NCBI RefSeq assembly: GCF_001194135.2
Contig: NC_068990.1
Coordinates: 1,281,728 to 1,345,727, forward strand
Direction: 5' to 3'
Length of the DNA stretch: 64,000 bases
Origin: Octopus bimaculoides
Lineage: Eukaryota
The translations under genes and the position numbers were made by a program. Position 1 is the first letter of the stretch; every line of letters starts with the position of its first letter. Positions 26,967-38,510 of this stretch are shown here, one piece after another. The notes under the pieces are model-generated. The model made no database searches and was not told the origin of the DNA. It saw only the letters and a list, made by a program, of their open reading frames with translations.

Positions 26967-27016
26967 CCAGTACTGAAGAGAGGCAGCTATAGCCCGAAAC
27001 CATGCTGGTCTGCTGG
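26967..27016 (+). ncRNA. Type I hammerhead ribozyme, intact (minimal PLE/retrozyme type)
   Basis: Stem I CCAGTA (26967-72)/TGCTGG (27011-16), 6 bp with one GU; core CTGAAGA (26973-79); stem II G-C, GGC/GCC with a bulged A; GAAA (26996-99); stem III ACCA/TGGT; GTC cleavage triplet, cut after 27010. Confidence 0.8.
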
Positions 27017-27185
27017 TCCCATCACTAGAAGGTGGTAGGGGTTCACTCCCCTGCTCACAATATCTTGGATGCAGCTGTGCATCCCCTCGAACTGAACAGC
27101 CATGTTGAAGTGGCTATGAACATTACTTGCTAATACAACTAATGTGTTCATCTCTTATAGAGATTTTAAAACTAGCTTTTTTGCT

Positions 27186-27227
<42 letters not shown>

Positions 27228-27249
27228 NNNNNNNNNNNNNNNNNNNNNN

Positions 27250-27292
<43 letters not shown>

Positions 27293-27627
27293 GTATGTAT
27301 GAGTGTGTGTGTATGTGTGTGTGTGTGTGTGTGTAAATGTGCATTAATATCTACATTCCACATATCTTCACATGGTTGCGTTAAATGGTGATATCATGTT
27401 TACATCCCAGTTAACAATATGCCCTGTAGCTCTGCACATTTGGAGTCTAATGGAGTAAAAAATCTCTTCATTATAAAACAAATAAGAGTTGGTAACAGGA
27501 AGGAAATCCAGTGATAAAACATTGCCTCACAGTTTCTTCATCTAACCTATACTGTGTGCAAAAGCAGATGAAGTAAAAGCTGTAAAAACGAATAAGTAAA
27601 TCATATATATATGCATTTATATATATT

Positions 27628-27669
<42 letters not shown>

Positions 27670-27874
27670 NNNNNNNNNNNNNNNNNNNNNNNNNNNNNNN
27701 NNNNNNNNNNNNNNNNNNNNNNNNNNNNNNNNNNNNNNNNNNNNNNNNNNNNNNNNNNNNNNNNNNNNNNNNNNNNNNNNNNNNNNNNNNNNNNNNNNNN
27801 NNNNNNNNNNNNNNNNNNNNNNNNNNNNNNNNNNNNNNNNNNNNNNNNNNNNNNNNNNNNNNNNNNNNNNNNNT

Positions 27875-28370
27875 CTGGGCCACCTTCCATCTAGAACACT
27901 GGTGGTTAATTCGGTGTTTTCCCACCCTTAGCTTTGAGGATAGCCTCCTCTCTTGTGGACATACTTTCAGTCAAGTGGTGGAAGGCAGCCCATTCTTTGT
28001 GGGATGCCAAAATGAGCAAGTGTATCGATGTGGATCTGTGTGATTTAGCATGAAACCAGTATTCCAAAACATCCCAGAGATGTTCAATGAGATTTAAATC
28101 AGATCTCTGTGCAGGCCAGTCCATTTGTGGGATGTGGTTGTCATCAAGCTACTCCCCTACAATCCCTGCAGTATGGACTGGTCCTTGGTCAGGTTGAAAG
28201 GCACAATGGTCCTCTCCAAACTGGTCTTTGACAGTAGACAATACGAAAGTGGTTAAAATGTCATGACAGTGCCATATACAGCAGCAAGGGATCCAAGGCC
28301 CCTCCAGGAGAAACACAATCACACCATGACCCCGCCACTGCTGAATTTCACAGTCGGCACTATACAGTTC
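27875..28370 (-). mobile_element. Tc1-family transposase remnant
   Basis: IVPTVKFSSGGVMV*...FQPDQGPVHTA...MDWPAQRSDLNLIEHLW...AILKAKGGKTPN (DD34E region), with stops. Confidence 0.88.
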
Positions 28371-28375
28371 TATAT

Positions 28376-28677
28376 TTAAGAGATGAGGAATTATTTACAT
28401 TATTTACATTATTTACATTCGACAGATATTTGTCCTCATCGTGTTTGTTGGGGAAATTTCGAACCTGGGTTCTCATTCCTAAGGTATTTTTCAAAGTTGT
28501 TGTTGTTGTTGCTGTTGTTGCTGCTGCTGCTGTTGCTGCTGCTGCTGCCGCTGTTGTTGTTGTTGTTCAGGTCACTGCTTGGAATCAAACTCGGAATCTT
28601 GAGGTTAGTAGCTCATGCTTTTAACCACTACACCATATACCCATGGGCATATGGCGTAGTGGTTAAGAGCGCGGGCT
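28376..28677 (-). mobile_element. tRNA-headed SINE with inverted duplication of its head
   Basis: Minus-strand head GGGTATATGGTGTAGTGGTTAAAAGC...GAGTTTGATTCC; + strand mirror GGGCATATGGCGTAGTGGTTAAGAGCGCGGGCT at 28645-28677. Confidence 0.6.
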
Positions 28678-28679
28678 TT

Positions 28680-29102
28680 GAAGGAAAAAAGACCTGCTTT
28701 AATGAATCGAAAAGGAGTGATGTTTCATCAGGACAATGCGTGACCCCACACTGCAAAGATCACATCACAGAAGATCGAAGAGTTTGGTTGGGAAAAAATT
28801 CCTCATCCACCTTATTCTCCCAACCTTGCTTCTTCAGACTACCATTTGTTTTGTAGTTTACAGAATCATTTGTGGCACATAACTTTTGCAGGCCAGGAGG
28901 AGATTGAAACTGACATTTCTGAGTTCTTTGCTTTGAAACCAAAAGAGTTTTACATTGAGTGGATTAAAAAGCTTGTAAAAAGATGGAAAGATGTCATAGA
29001 TAATGAGGGAAAGTACATTGATGATTAAATTTCAATTCAATATAGCATTTGATCACTTGTTTTCTTTATTCAAAATTTGGACAGAACTACTTATGGGATG
29101 AC

Positions 29103-29108
<6 letters not shown>
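28680..29108 (+). mobile_element. Mariner transposase 3' half with right TIR
   Basis: KEKRPALMNRKGVMFHQDNA*PH...HPPYSPNLASSDYHLF...RWKDVIDNEGKYIDD*; TIR ...TTATGGGATGACCTGA abutting (TA)n. Confidence 0.9.
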
Positions 29109-29134
<26 letters not shown>

Positions 29135-29519
29135 NNNNNNNNNNNNNNNNNNNNNNNNNNNNNNNNNNNNNNNNNNNNNNNNNNNNNNNNNNNNNNNNNN
29201 NNNNNNNNNNNNNNNNNNNNNNNNNNNNNNNNNNNNNNNNNNNNNNNNNNNNNNNNNNNNNNNNNNNNNNNNNNNNNNNNNNNNNNNNNNNNNNNNNNNN
29301 NNNNNNNNNNNNNNNNNNNNNNNNNNNNNNNNNNNNNNNNNNNNNNNNNNNNNNNNNNNNNNNNNNNNNNNNNNNNNNNNNNNNNNNNNNNNNNNNNNNN
29401 NNNNNNNNNNNNNNNNNNNNNNNNNNNNNAATGCCAGAGCTTGTCTACTTGTCTGTCTGTCTGTCTGTCTGCCTATATACATAAAAGTTTGTGCATATTT
29501 ACAAATACATTTCTGTATG

Positions 29520-29573
<54 letters not shown>

Positions 29574-29928
29574 TCTACTTGTATATTTTGTATTTAAAAA
29601 AAATTTTTTGTAAAGTATTTGTCAGCTTCAGGCTGTGTAGGTTAGATATAAAATACGGTTGAGATATGAAATATATGTGAGATATTAAATTTAGATTTTT
29701 TGCCACAAAATATACAAGATACGAAATATGGGTTAGATATGATATGTGTTAGATAAAAACTTAGTTGAGTTACAAAACACAGAGCAGGCATAATATATAT
29801 GTGAGGTATAAAATATAGGTTACACATAAAAAAAAATATATATATATATACATGTATATATGTATAAATGTATATATAGATATGCATATGCATATATATA
29901 CATATATATGTTTATCTATCTATCTATC

Positions 29929-29985
<57 letters not shown>

Positions 29986-30251
29986 CAACTGTATTGTTTC
30001 TCTTGTGGTATGAACAGTTGCCCTATTTTGCTGGAACCATGTTTGAAGTCTACTTTGAATGGCCTTCATGTTCCCCAGACTTGACTACAGTATGTGCGTG
30101 AGTTTATATTAGGGAAGGGGGTGTGTGTGGAAAAAAGTCTATTGGGTGTGTGTCCATTGTGTGAGTACATGTGTGTTTGTGGGTGCACTGAGAATTTCCC
30201 TTAGCTGTGCACCCAATTTAAAAAGAGATTTTAGTAGCTAGGTCCACTCAT

Positions 30252-30420
30252 GAGACAGAGGCAAGATGCTCATGTAGGGGTAGCACAACATGTCCACTGA
30301 ATGGCCACTGTAACAAGGAGACCATCATATATGAGGCAGAAGTAACAGCAATAGGACCAAATGGGCAACCAAACATGTGAAAGTATGTAGGAACAACTGA
30401 AGGCTCCTTCAAAAACCACT
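30252..30420 (+). mobile_element. Penelope-like zinc-knuckle/GIY-YIG remnant
   Basis: CSCRGSTTCPLNGHCNKETIIYEAEVTA...KYVGTTEGSFKNH with an in-frame stop; a possible inverted C-terminal piece (CKL..., TKCRH) lies on the minus strand near 30791-30880. Confidence 0.75.
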
Positions 30421-31766
30421 TAAAATATTAAAAAGCTATTCTGTAAGTCTCTTCATGTAGTTTATCGAGGGATCTTCTCTTGTCTTTCTGTAGAACTGGT
30501 ATAAGTCTTGGTTCAGCTTGAATGTCCCCTAGGATTTTTCTTGATAATTCTGCAATCTGTGATAGCAGATTCTGGGCTCTTTCCTTGCCATGTTGTATGT
30601 ATAATAATCGTCCACATGCTGTGTAGTAAACTTGATTTGTGTGTTTGGTTACTGCTGTGATCTTTTCAAAAAGTTTTGTTGCAGTTACTCAAAGAATATA
30701 ACCATTTCTGTTACCAATCTTGTTTTAATGACACAAATTATAGGGAATAGTATTCATTATCAAGTAGAATGAATAGTCTTCTGTGCCAATGTGTCTGCAT
30801 TTGGTGCGATATTTTGTATGTATGTTTAAATCTTAAGGAAACGTCTGTGAAAATAGTGCTCTTCAAGCAATTAGTTTGCACACGAAGTCTCCCTTCTCAC
30901 TATTCTACCAGAAACTGAAGAAGCTCACTGGAAACTGCTAGAAAAAAAAAAAGAAGCAAAAATTATTTACAAGTTAAAAATATTGATAAAAAGTATTTTT
31001 AAAAAATTGTAATATAAAGAAGAAAAAAAATGAATGCAATGATTTGTGTTGGGGAGCAATCTAACCCATCATTCTCTACCTCTGTCAAATGTATAAATGA
31101 TGTTGTCTCTATGTTAAAAAATGTTACCCTTTCATAATTGTGTATTTCTGTTGAAACTTACAGCCTACGTGTTTTGATTGATTTTGAAAACAATAACAAA
31201 TTTAAAAGGATTACCTGAAATATCTAATACTGTAAAAGTGTTTATTTGTTTGCATTCTTTTTATTTTTTGTTTTTGGAAGAAACTACAACAATGCAAATT
31301 GTGCTATAAATAATAGTGCCTTATATTTCAGGTAAAATACCCCTTGATGATGGCACAAAAAACAAAAAAAACAAAAGAAAAGCGAATAGAATTGCCAATG
31401 AGAGTCAAACCATTTCCACTGTAACAGCTTATTTAACAAATAAAATGAAGAAAAACAAAACAAGCTTATTTTCAAATTTCTCAATGCATCTAGAGAAACA
31501 AAAAGAAAAAATGAAACAATTTAATATTTTGTTTATAAAATAGTGTTTGGAACATTAAAAAAAAAAAAAAGGCTCTAAAACAAAATTACGGTGGAAAGGG
31601 TTTAATAAAAGCATAAATGGTTTAAACATGGAGTCTTGAATTATAAAAGGTTGTCTCAGGTGGTTTGGCATCTAAAGGGTTTCACGTAGCAGCAATTTAT
31701 TGTGTATGTTTTAGCATTTGGATATTTTTTTAAAGATACTTTTGTTTTTATTTTTGTTCCCGCCAG

Positions 31767-31886
31767 GCAAATGTTGCATTTAAAATTGAGTTTCTGAAGT
31801 CTCCTTCCAAGACAAGTTGTACAAATGTGTTTCTGTTACCTGAGAAAAATGGTGTCATTCTACCTATGAGCAATTTCAACATACCT
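31767..31886 (+). CDS. CFAP65: CFAP65-like exon 4 (ANVAFKIEFLKSPSKTSCTNVFLLPEKNGVILPMSNFNIP)
   Basis: T-rich tract + CAG acceptor, GTGAGT donor at 31887; 120 nt, phase 0-0, bridges exons 3 and 5 in frame; F.I...F.....G.I.P pattern. Confidence 0.9.
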
Positions 31887-33849
31887 GTGAGTAATACATA
31901 TATATATATATTTTTTATACATGCATATACATACGTATACATATGTATACATATGTATGTATGTATACACATGCACACACACAGATACTTATATACATAT
32001 ATGCACACACACACACACACACATACACACACATGCATATTGGAAATGCAAAAGAAACATTCTGGCTTATTACAGATAGCTTTCTCTGCTGTTTTTGCTG
32101 TTGTTTGTGTTGTTACTGTTGATATTATTATTTTTTTAAATTTGTTGTTGTCTCTTTGAAACTGATGGTTCTGCCAAGTCAGACGTTATTCACATGTAGC
32201 ACTGCATTTCTTCTTTATCTTTGGACTACTACTCCCTGCTCCCCCCTCTCTCTCTCTCTCTCTCTGTATTTCTTCTTATTTCTTGTAGTCTTATTTCTGT
32301 CCACTGCTTTCTTCCACCTTGATCTATCTACTTCACCACCTCCTTCCCTCCTCCTTCAATCCTGCCCCTCTCCTCCCACTCATCCTCACACCTCTTGTCT
32401 CCTCCTCCCCCCTATTGCCCTCCCCTTCCACAACATCATCCTCATCGTTTTTGTCATCTTTAGCCACTTTTTTTTTACCAATCTTTAGATTGCTNNNNNN
32501 NNNNNNNNNNNNNNNNNNNNNNNNNNNNNNNNNNNNNNNNNNNNNNNNNNNNNNNNNNNNNNNNNNNNNNNNNNNNNNNNNNNNNNNNNNNNNNNNNNNN
32601 NNNNNNNNNNNNNNNNNNNNNNNNNNNNNNNNNNNNNNNNNNNNNNNNNNNNNNNNNNNNNNNNNNNNNNNNNNNNNNNNNNNNNNNNNNNNNNNNNNNN
32701 NNNNNNNNNNNNNNNNNNNNNNNNNNNNNNNNNNNNNNNNNNNNNNNNNNNNNNNNNNNNNNNNNNNNNNNNNNNNNNNNNNNNNNNNNNNNNNNNNNNN
32801 CTGCCTGGTACTGCATCCTGGCATTTGAGAGCCACTGCCTGGTACTGCATCTGGAATTTATTATTATTATTATTATTATTATCATTATTATTATTTTTAA
32901 AGGCTGCAAGCTGCCAGAATCATTAGCCTGCCGGGCAAAATGCTTAGTGGTATTTCATCTGCCGTTACATTCTGAGTTCAACTTCTGCTGAGGTTGACAT
33001 AGCCTTTTGGGGGATTGATAAAATTAGTACCAGTTATGCACTAGGGTCAATGTAATCGACTTAATCTCTTCCCTCAAATATGAGGCCTTGTGCTTCCCGT
33101 AGAAAGGATTATTATTATTATTTTTTAATGGCTTAGATAGAGAAGACAGCTACCATTTTGCTAGAAATCATTATAATTTATGTTTTAACAAGATTATGTC
33201 TGAAATTTTGATTTAGATATGACCCAGTCGTAGGCCAATTGATGTTACAAAAATTGAAGAAAAATACAAACCTAAACTGGAAAATTTAGTCCGAGATAGT
33301 CATAGACACACATGCTCTAGCAACATCTGAATTCAAAATTCAAGAATAGAGAAAAGAAATGGACAATGGTAATGGTCTCTGTTGATGAAACATCTTTGAT
33401 GATCAAATATCTGCTCAATCACTTCAGCTTTGGCATTGAACAACAATCACAACAACAACAATAGCAACAACGATAACATTATCTTCTTTTTATGTTTTCT
33501 TAATTAAAAAAACAAACAAAACAAAAAAGCAAATAAAAAACAAAAAAAAAGACTAATTACAATGCTACTGCCTATTGTCCATTCATAACTGTAAACATTG
33601 ATCTACTGGCCATCGAAACCCTCCCACCCGTTAAATTTTTAATTACGTAGCCATTATTACTATGAAAGAAATGGTTGTTTGGAAGGAAAAAATAATTAAT
33701 TCCATGCTTTTTTTATATTGTTAGAATTTCTATGAGAATTCTTCAGCTGTTTTACGGGGTAAAGTGTGCACTTTGGAAGAAAATAACAATTGTTCTTTCG
33801 CAGTCATGATTTTGTTTTCCTTACCCTAACCCTAACCCAGGCTCCTACT

Positions 33850-34111
33850 TCCTAACTCTCTCTCTCTCTCTCTACCTGCCTCTCTTGCTACCTACCTCTC
33901 TCTTTCCCCTCCTCTCTCTTTATCCTCCTCTCTCTTTATCCTCCTCTCTCTTTATCCTCTTCTCTCTCTCTTTATCTCCTTCTCTCTTTATCTGCCTCTT
34001 TTCCCCTTCTCTCTCCCTTCGCTTTCTTCCTTTCTCTTTCCCCCTTCTCTCTTGCTTCTCCTCTCTCTATCTCCCTCTATCTCCCTCTATCTTTACCTCT
34101 ATTTATACCCT

Positions 34112-34152
<41 letters not shown>

Positions 34153-34207
34153 CTCCTTTCTCCCTTTCTTTCTTTCTTTCTTTCTCCCTTTCTTTCATTC
34201 TTTCTAC

Positions 34208-34245
<38 letters not shown>

Positions 34246-34360
34246 CACTCTATCTTTCTCCTTCTGCCTGTCTCTCTTTCTCTTTCTGCCTGTCTCTCTT
34301 TCTTTTCCCCTCTTCCCTCCTCTCCCCTTTGTTTCTTACTCTTTCCCTCTCTTCTTCAAA
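33850..34360 (+). repeat. Long polypyrimidine (CT/CTTT) tract
   Basis: About 510 nt almost all C/T on the + strand. Confidence 0.9.
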
Positions 34361-34641
34361 TATGTAAAGCAGACATAAATTTAAATGTGTAGGTAGCTTT
34401 ATGTTTGCATGTGCAATTGTGTTTCTGTATGCTGGTATGTGTGTGTGTATGTATGTTTGTGTGTGTGTGTGTGCTTTTGTATGTGCATGAGTGTCGATAT
34501 GTAGGCTGTTTGCATGTTCTATGTATCTGTACATGAATGTTTGTGTATCTGCATGTATGTGTGTTTGTATTTGTATATATGTGTGTGTGTGTGTGTGTGT
34601 TTATGTGTTTGTGTGTGTGTGCGTATGTGTGTTTGTGTGTT

Positions 34642-34679
<38 letters not shown>

Positions 34680-35385
34680 CGCTCGTGCTATCACAAACTA
34701 TTCAGACATTTTATCCAGGAATTATTTCTTGTGTCTCCATTTTGATCCATGTTTTTTTCCCATTTTTACATGAAGATAGAAATTGATGGTCAGAAGTGGA
34801 GAGGAGACTGGACTTCCAGTAGCTTCCACTGGTCATTGGATTCCTATCTTCTTAGCTACTCTACATTACTCACTTTGCCTAACTGCAAGTAGGTACTGCT
34901 GTCTTATGAGTGTGTGTATGTGCGTATTATATATATACTTTTCTACTCTAGGCACAAGGCTTGAAATTTTGGGGGAGGGGGCCAATCGATTAGATCGATC
35001 CCAGTACACAGCTGGTACTTAATTTATCGACCCCGAAAAGATGAAAGGCAAAGTTGACCTCGGTGGAATTTGAACTCAGAACGAAAAGACAGACGAAATA
35101 CCGCTGAGCATTTTGCCCGGCGTGCTAATGATTCTGCCAGCTTGCTGCCTTGTGCGTATAATATATATATCATACATGAATGTGGCTGCATGGTAAGAAG
35201 CTTGCTTCTTAACCACATGGTTCCTGGTTCAGTTCCACTGTGTGGAACCTTCAGCATGTGTCTTCTACTATATATATAGGCACAGACAAGAGTATGCAGT
35301 AAGGAGTTTGCTTCCCAAACACATAATGCCAGGGTCAGTCCTACTGTGTGACATCTTGGAGAAGTGTCTTCTACTTTATCTATCG

Positions 35386-35522
<137 letters not shown>

Positions 35523-36665
35523 TGTATTTAAGTATGTATGTACATATGTATGAATGTGTGTTTGTATGTATGCATTTACCTTGGTGGCAAGTACCATGCT
35601 TTCACTAATTGCTTTAGGTTCCTAACTCATTCTCAACCTTCTGACCCTTGATCCAAAAAAGCATCCAGGATGTGACAGTGGGAGGGAAGGAGAAAAAACT
35701 GCACATGTAATTGAAAGGGTCTCAATTTCAGCTGAGTCGGCTGGGGATAATACGAAATAAAGAGCCTTTTAGTGAAAGATACAAAGCTCCACTAGGTCCA
35801 TCAAAGAATCCTGTAATAATGGTTTCAACTATAGGCACAAGGCCAGCAATTTCAAAGAAGTGGGTAAGTTGATTACATTGATCCTAGTGCTCAACTGGTA
35901 TCTATTTTATCGACCCTGAAAGAATGAAAGACAAAGCTGGCCTTAGCGGAATTTGAACTCAGAAAGTGAAGAAAGACGAACTATCACTAATCATTTTGCT
36001 CGTCATGCTAATGACTCTGCCAGTTTGCTGCCTCATTGAAACTTGTAATGTTATGATCCTCTGGTTAGCACCCTAGTCACCAGGTCACATGCCCTCACGC
36101 ACTCATCTATTATTAACATTTTACATCCACTTGATGCTAACATGAGTAGGATAGCTTTTCTGAGAAAGTGCTGTTTTACTGGAAACCCTTCCTGTTACTG
36201 ACCCATTTTGTTACCTCTTTTGGCACTCACAAAGAAGTCATGTATCTTTTCCAAAACCAGAATACATGAACATGAATGAATGAGAGATATACTGATAAAC
36301 AGACAATGTGAAAGAATAGGAAATAATCAATAAATTCTGAATTATTGAACACTAGCTTTTCTTCAGTACGTTCGTAACAATTCTCTTCCAATAATTGAAA
36401 TTTTGAAGTTAATTTAAATCATAATATTCATATGCTGTTGTATATTTAGGACTTAGAAAATGTGTTCAAACAACAAATCCCCACAGACGCCCATCACAGA
36501 GTGAACAGCACAGCATATTTTCTAAGTAGTGCTGCTGAATATTCCCCTGGCGTTGCCTTTCAAGATTTTAACTGTAACTTGTTTGAAAATGGAGTTAATT
36601 ATCTTTTTGAATGAAATTATACTGAGTGTCCTAAATTAAATTACAGTGTTTGAAATTATTTTCAG

Positions 36666-36774
36666 ATTCATTTCACTCCTGATATTGTTAATTCACCAAT
36701 AATTGAATATTTCTGTGTGGTACCGCATGGTCATATATCAGGAAATGTTATCAAATGTGTTGGCTATTCAGAAG
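36666..36774 (+). CDS. CFAP65: CFAP65-like exon 5 (IHFTPDIVNSPIIEYFCVVPHGHISGNVIKCVGYSEG)
   Basis: TTTTCAG acceptor, GTAAGC donor at 36775; phase 0 to 1; resembles the F.P......DY..I.P.G......LK.VG...G segment of CFAP65 (recall). Confidence 0.9.
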
Positions 36775-37354
36775 GTAAGCCATAATTAAACATGATTTTA
36801 TGGTTCTTTTATCATCGTCTGTTGCAATAGCTGTAGTCAACTTGTCTCCATATATTCAATTCCAATCTTCTAAAACATGATTTCTTCATATTTTATTGGG
36901 TGGTTGATGGCTATTTTGTAGAGATCTTTATATATATCTTTGCTAATATCTTCTGCATTTGCTTAGATAAATGAATTTGTTTGTTAGTTTTACACTTGTT
37001 TTCATTGTTTTTCTTTTTTTTTTTTCTTTGGTCCCTACTTGCATAAGTTGGACAAGTACATTTTATTGAGGCATTGTTTTCACATCTGAATGCTCTTCCT
37101 GTCATTAACCCTCCTTTGTTTTACAAGCAAGAGAATTTTCATTCCATTCATCTTTAGAAGTTCACAGCTTCTGCTGAGTAATTTGTCAACAAAGAAATGT
37201 CAACAAATGCCCCGTCTGTAGCTTGGTGATTTTCATGTGAAGTGCAGAATGTGAACATTCACACAGACACACAAATGCACTCATGCTTTCTCTTTCCCTT
37301 TCCCTCATACACACATATGCATGCACACATGCTTGTATGCACACACACACACAC

Positions 37355-37393
<39 letters not shown>

Positions 37394-38465
37394 TACACAC
37401 ACATATGACAAGGCTCTGTACAGTCTCTGGCTAACAAATTCACTCAATAGTTATTCGTTGATCAGAGTTTATAGTTGAAGACTCTTGTGCAGAGCACTGT
37501 ACAACAGGACTGAACCTGTAGCCATCTGGTTTTGAAGTGAACTTCTCAATAACACAGCCATTCTTGGACCTATACTTTCCATAATCTGGTTTTTGCTTTA
37601 GTAGAACTTGGATAGTGAAGTTGACAACCAAACAAGACCTTATAAATTTTGTCACTGAGACCAACATGTTTAACCCTTCAGCATTCAGATTAATCTGAAT
37701 TAATCATGCATTTTTTTGTAGCTTTGACGTTTAATGATGAGATTGTTTATGATTTGAACGATATTGTAGAGTATGTGTAAGAGGCCAGATCTGGCCAGTT
37801 TGAACATAAAACAAGCTGAACATTTTGGGCCAGATATAATTGGTTTAAATGCTAAAGGGTTACATCTTAACAGGCAGAACTACTCAGCTCTGAGTCTTAT
37901 GTCACCATTATGGGTGGCATAAAAGTATAATATCCAGAAATTCTACATGCTATAGCCACATTGGGAAATTAATGGAGGATCCATTTTATCAAGATGTTAA
38001 GTTCAAATCCTCCTGTGTTATTTTTGTGTCCTGTCTTGGAAAAAATTTTTTTTTTTTAGAAAGATGTCCCATGGAAACTAAAAATAAGCACCATGGCCTA
38101 CTGTGATCTTAGTCATTCGGGAATGGATTAATTGTTTGTTTGTTTGTTTGTTTTTAACTCAGTTTAGACAGATGACTGCAACAAGTGTTGATTTTGGTGG
38201 GTAGCGTTATTGCACTTTACATTCTGAGTTCAAATCACACTGAGATCAATTTTGTATTTTGTCATTTTTGGATTCTATGAAATAATCATCCACGTTTAAG
38301 TGGGGATAAAGATTACCTCTTGGTATTAATACTGCCTCTGTTGCTAATATACATTTTTTAACAAGCTCACTGGCTAATCGCAACACCAATGTCTGTTTTG
38401 GCACTGTTATTCTATACATTGCTGGCAGGGAGATGAGTCACTGCTATTTCTAGCAGATGAGTGTC

Positions 38466-38510
38466 CATCATTGACAAGACCAAAGAAGGTCGAAATCACG
38501 TAATCTGGTG
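38466..38510 (+). ncRNA. Degenerate type I hammerhead-like motif with U3-A8 core
   Basis: CATCA/TGGTG stem I; TTGACAA core; GACC-aaagaa-GGTC stem II; GAAA; short stem III AT-cacgta-AT; ATC triplet. Confidence 0.4.

Larger units (their letters stand above)
26471..27190 (+). mobile_element. Retrozyme / Penelope pLTR-like non-coding element (inverted segment + two direct units)
   Basis: Direct units start at 26581 and 26907, each with a hammerhead core; 26471-26548 is an inverted copy of the unit interior; perfect 26-bp IR 26471-26496/27101-27126. Confidence 0.7.

Noticed and set aside
30914-30940. CTGAAGA...GAAAC hammerhead-like string next to the Penelope remnant
   Set aside because: No stem II, stem III or stem I pairing.
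33821-33838. Telomere-like (CCCTAA) run
   Set aside because: Under three units; expected by chance.
36450-36570. Apparent exon DLENVFKQ...VNSTAYFLSSAAEYSPGVAFSRF upstream of exon 5
   Set aside because: In-frame stop before any usable donor; the true bridging exon is 31767-31886.
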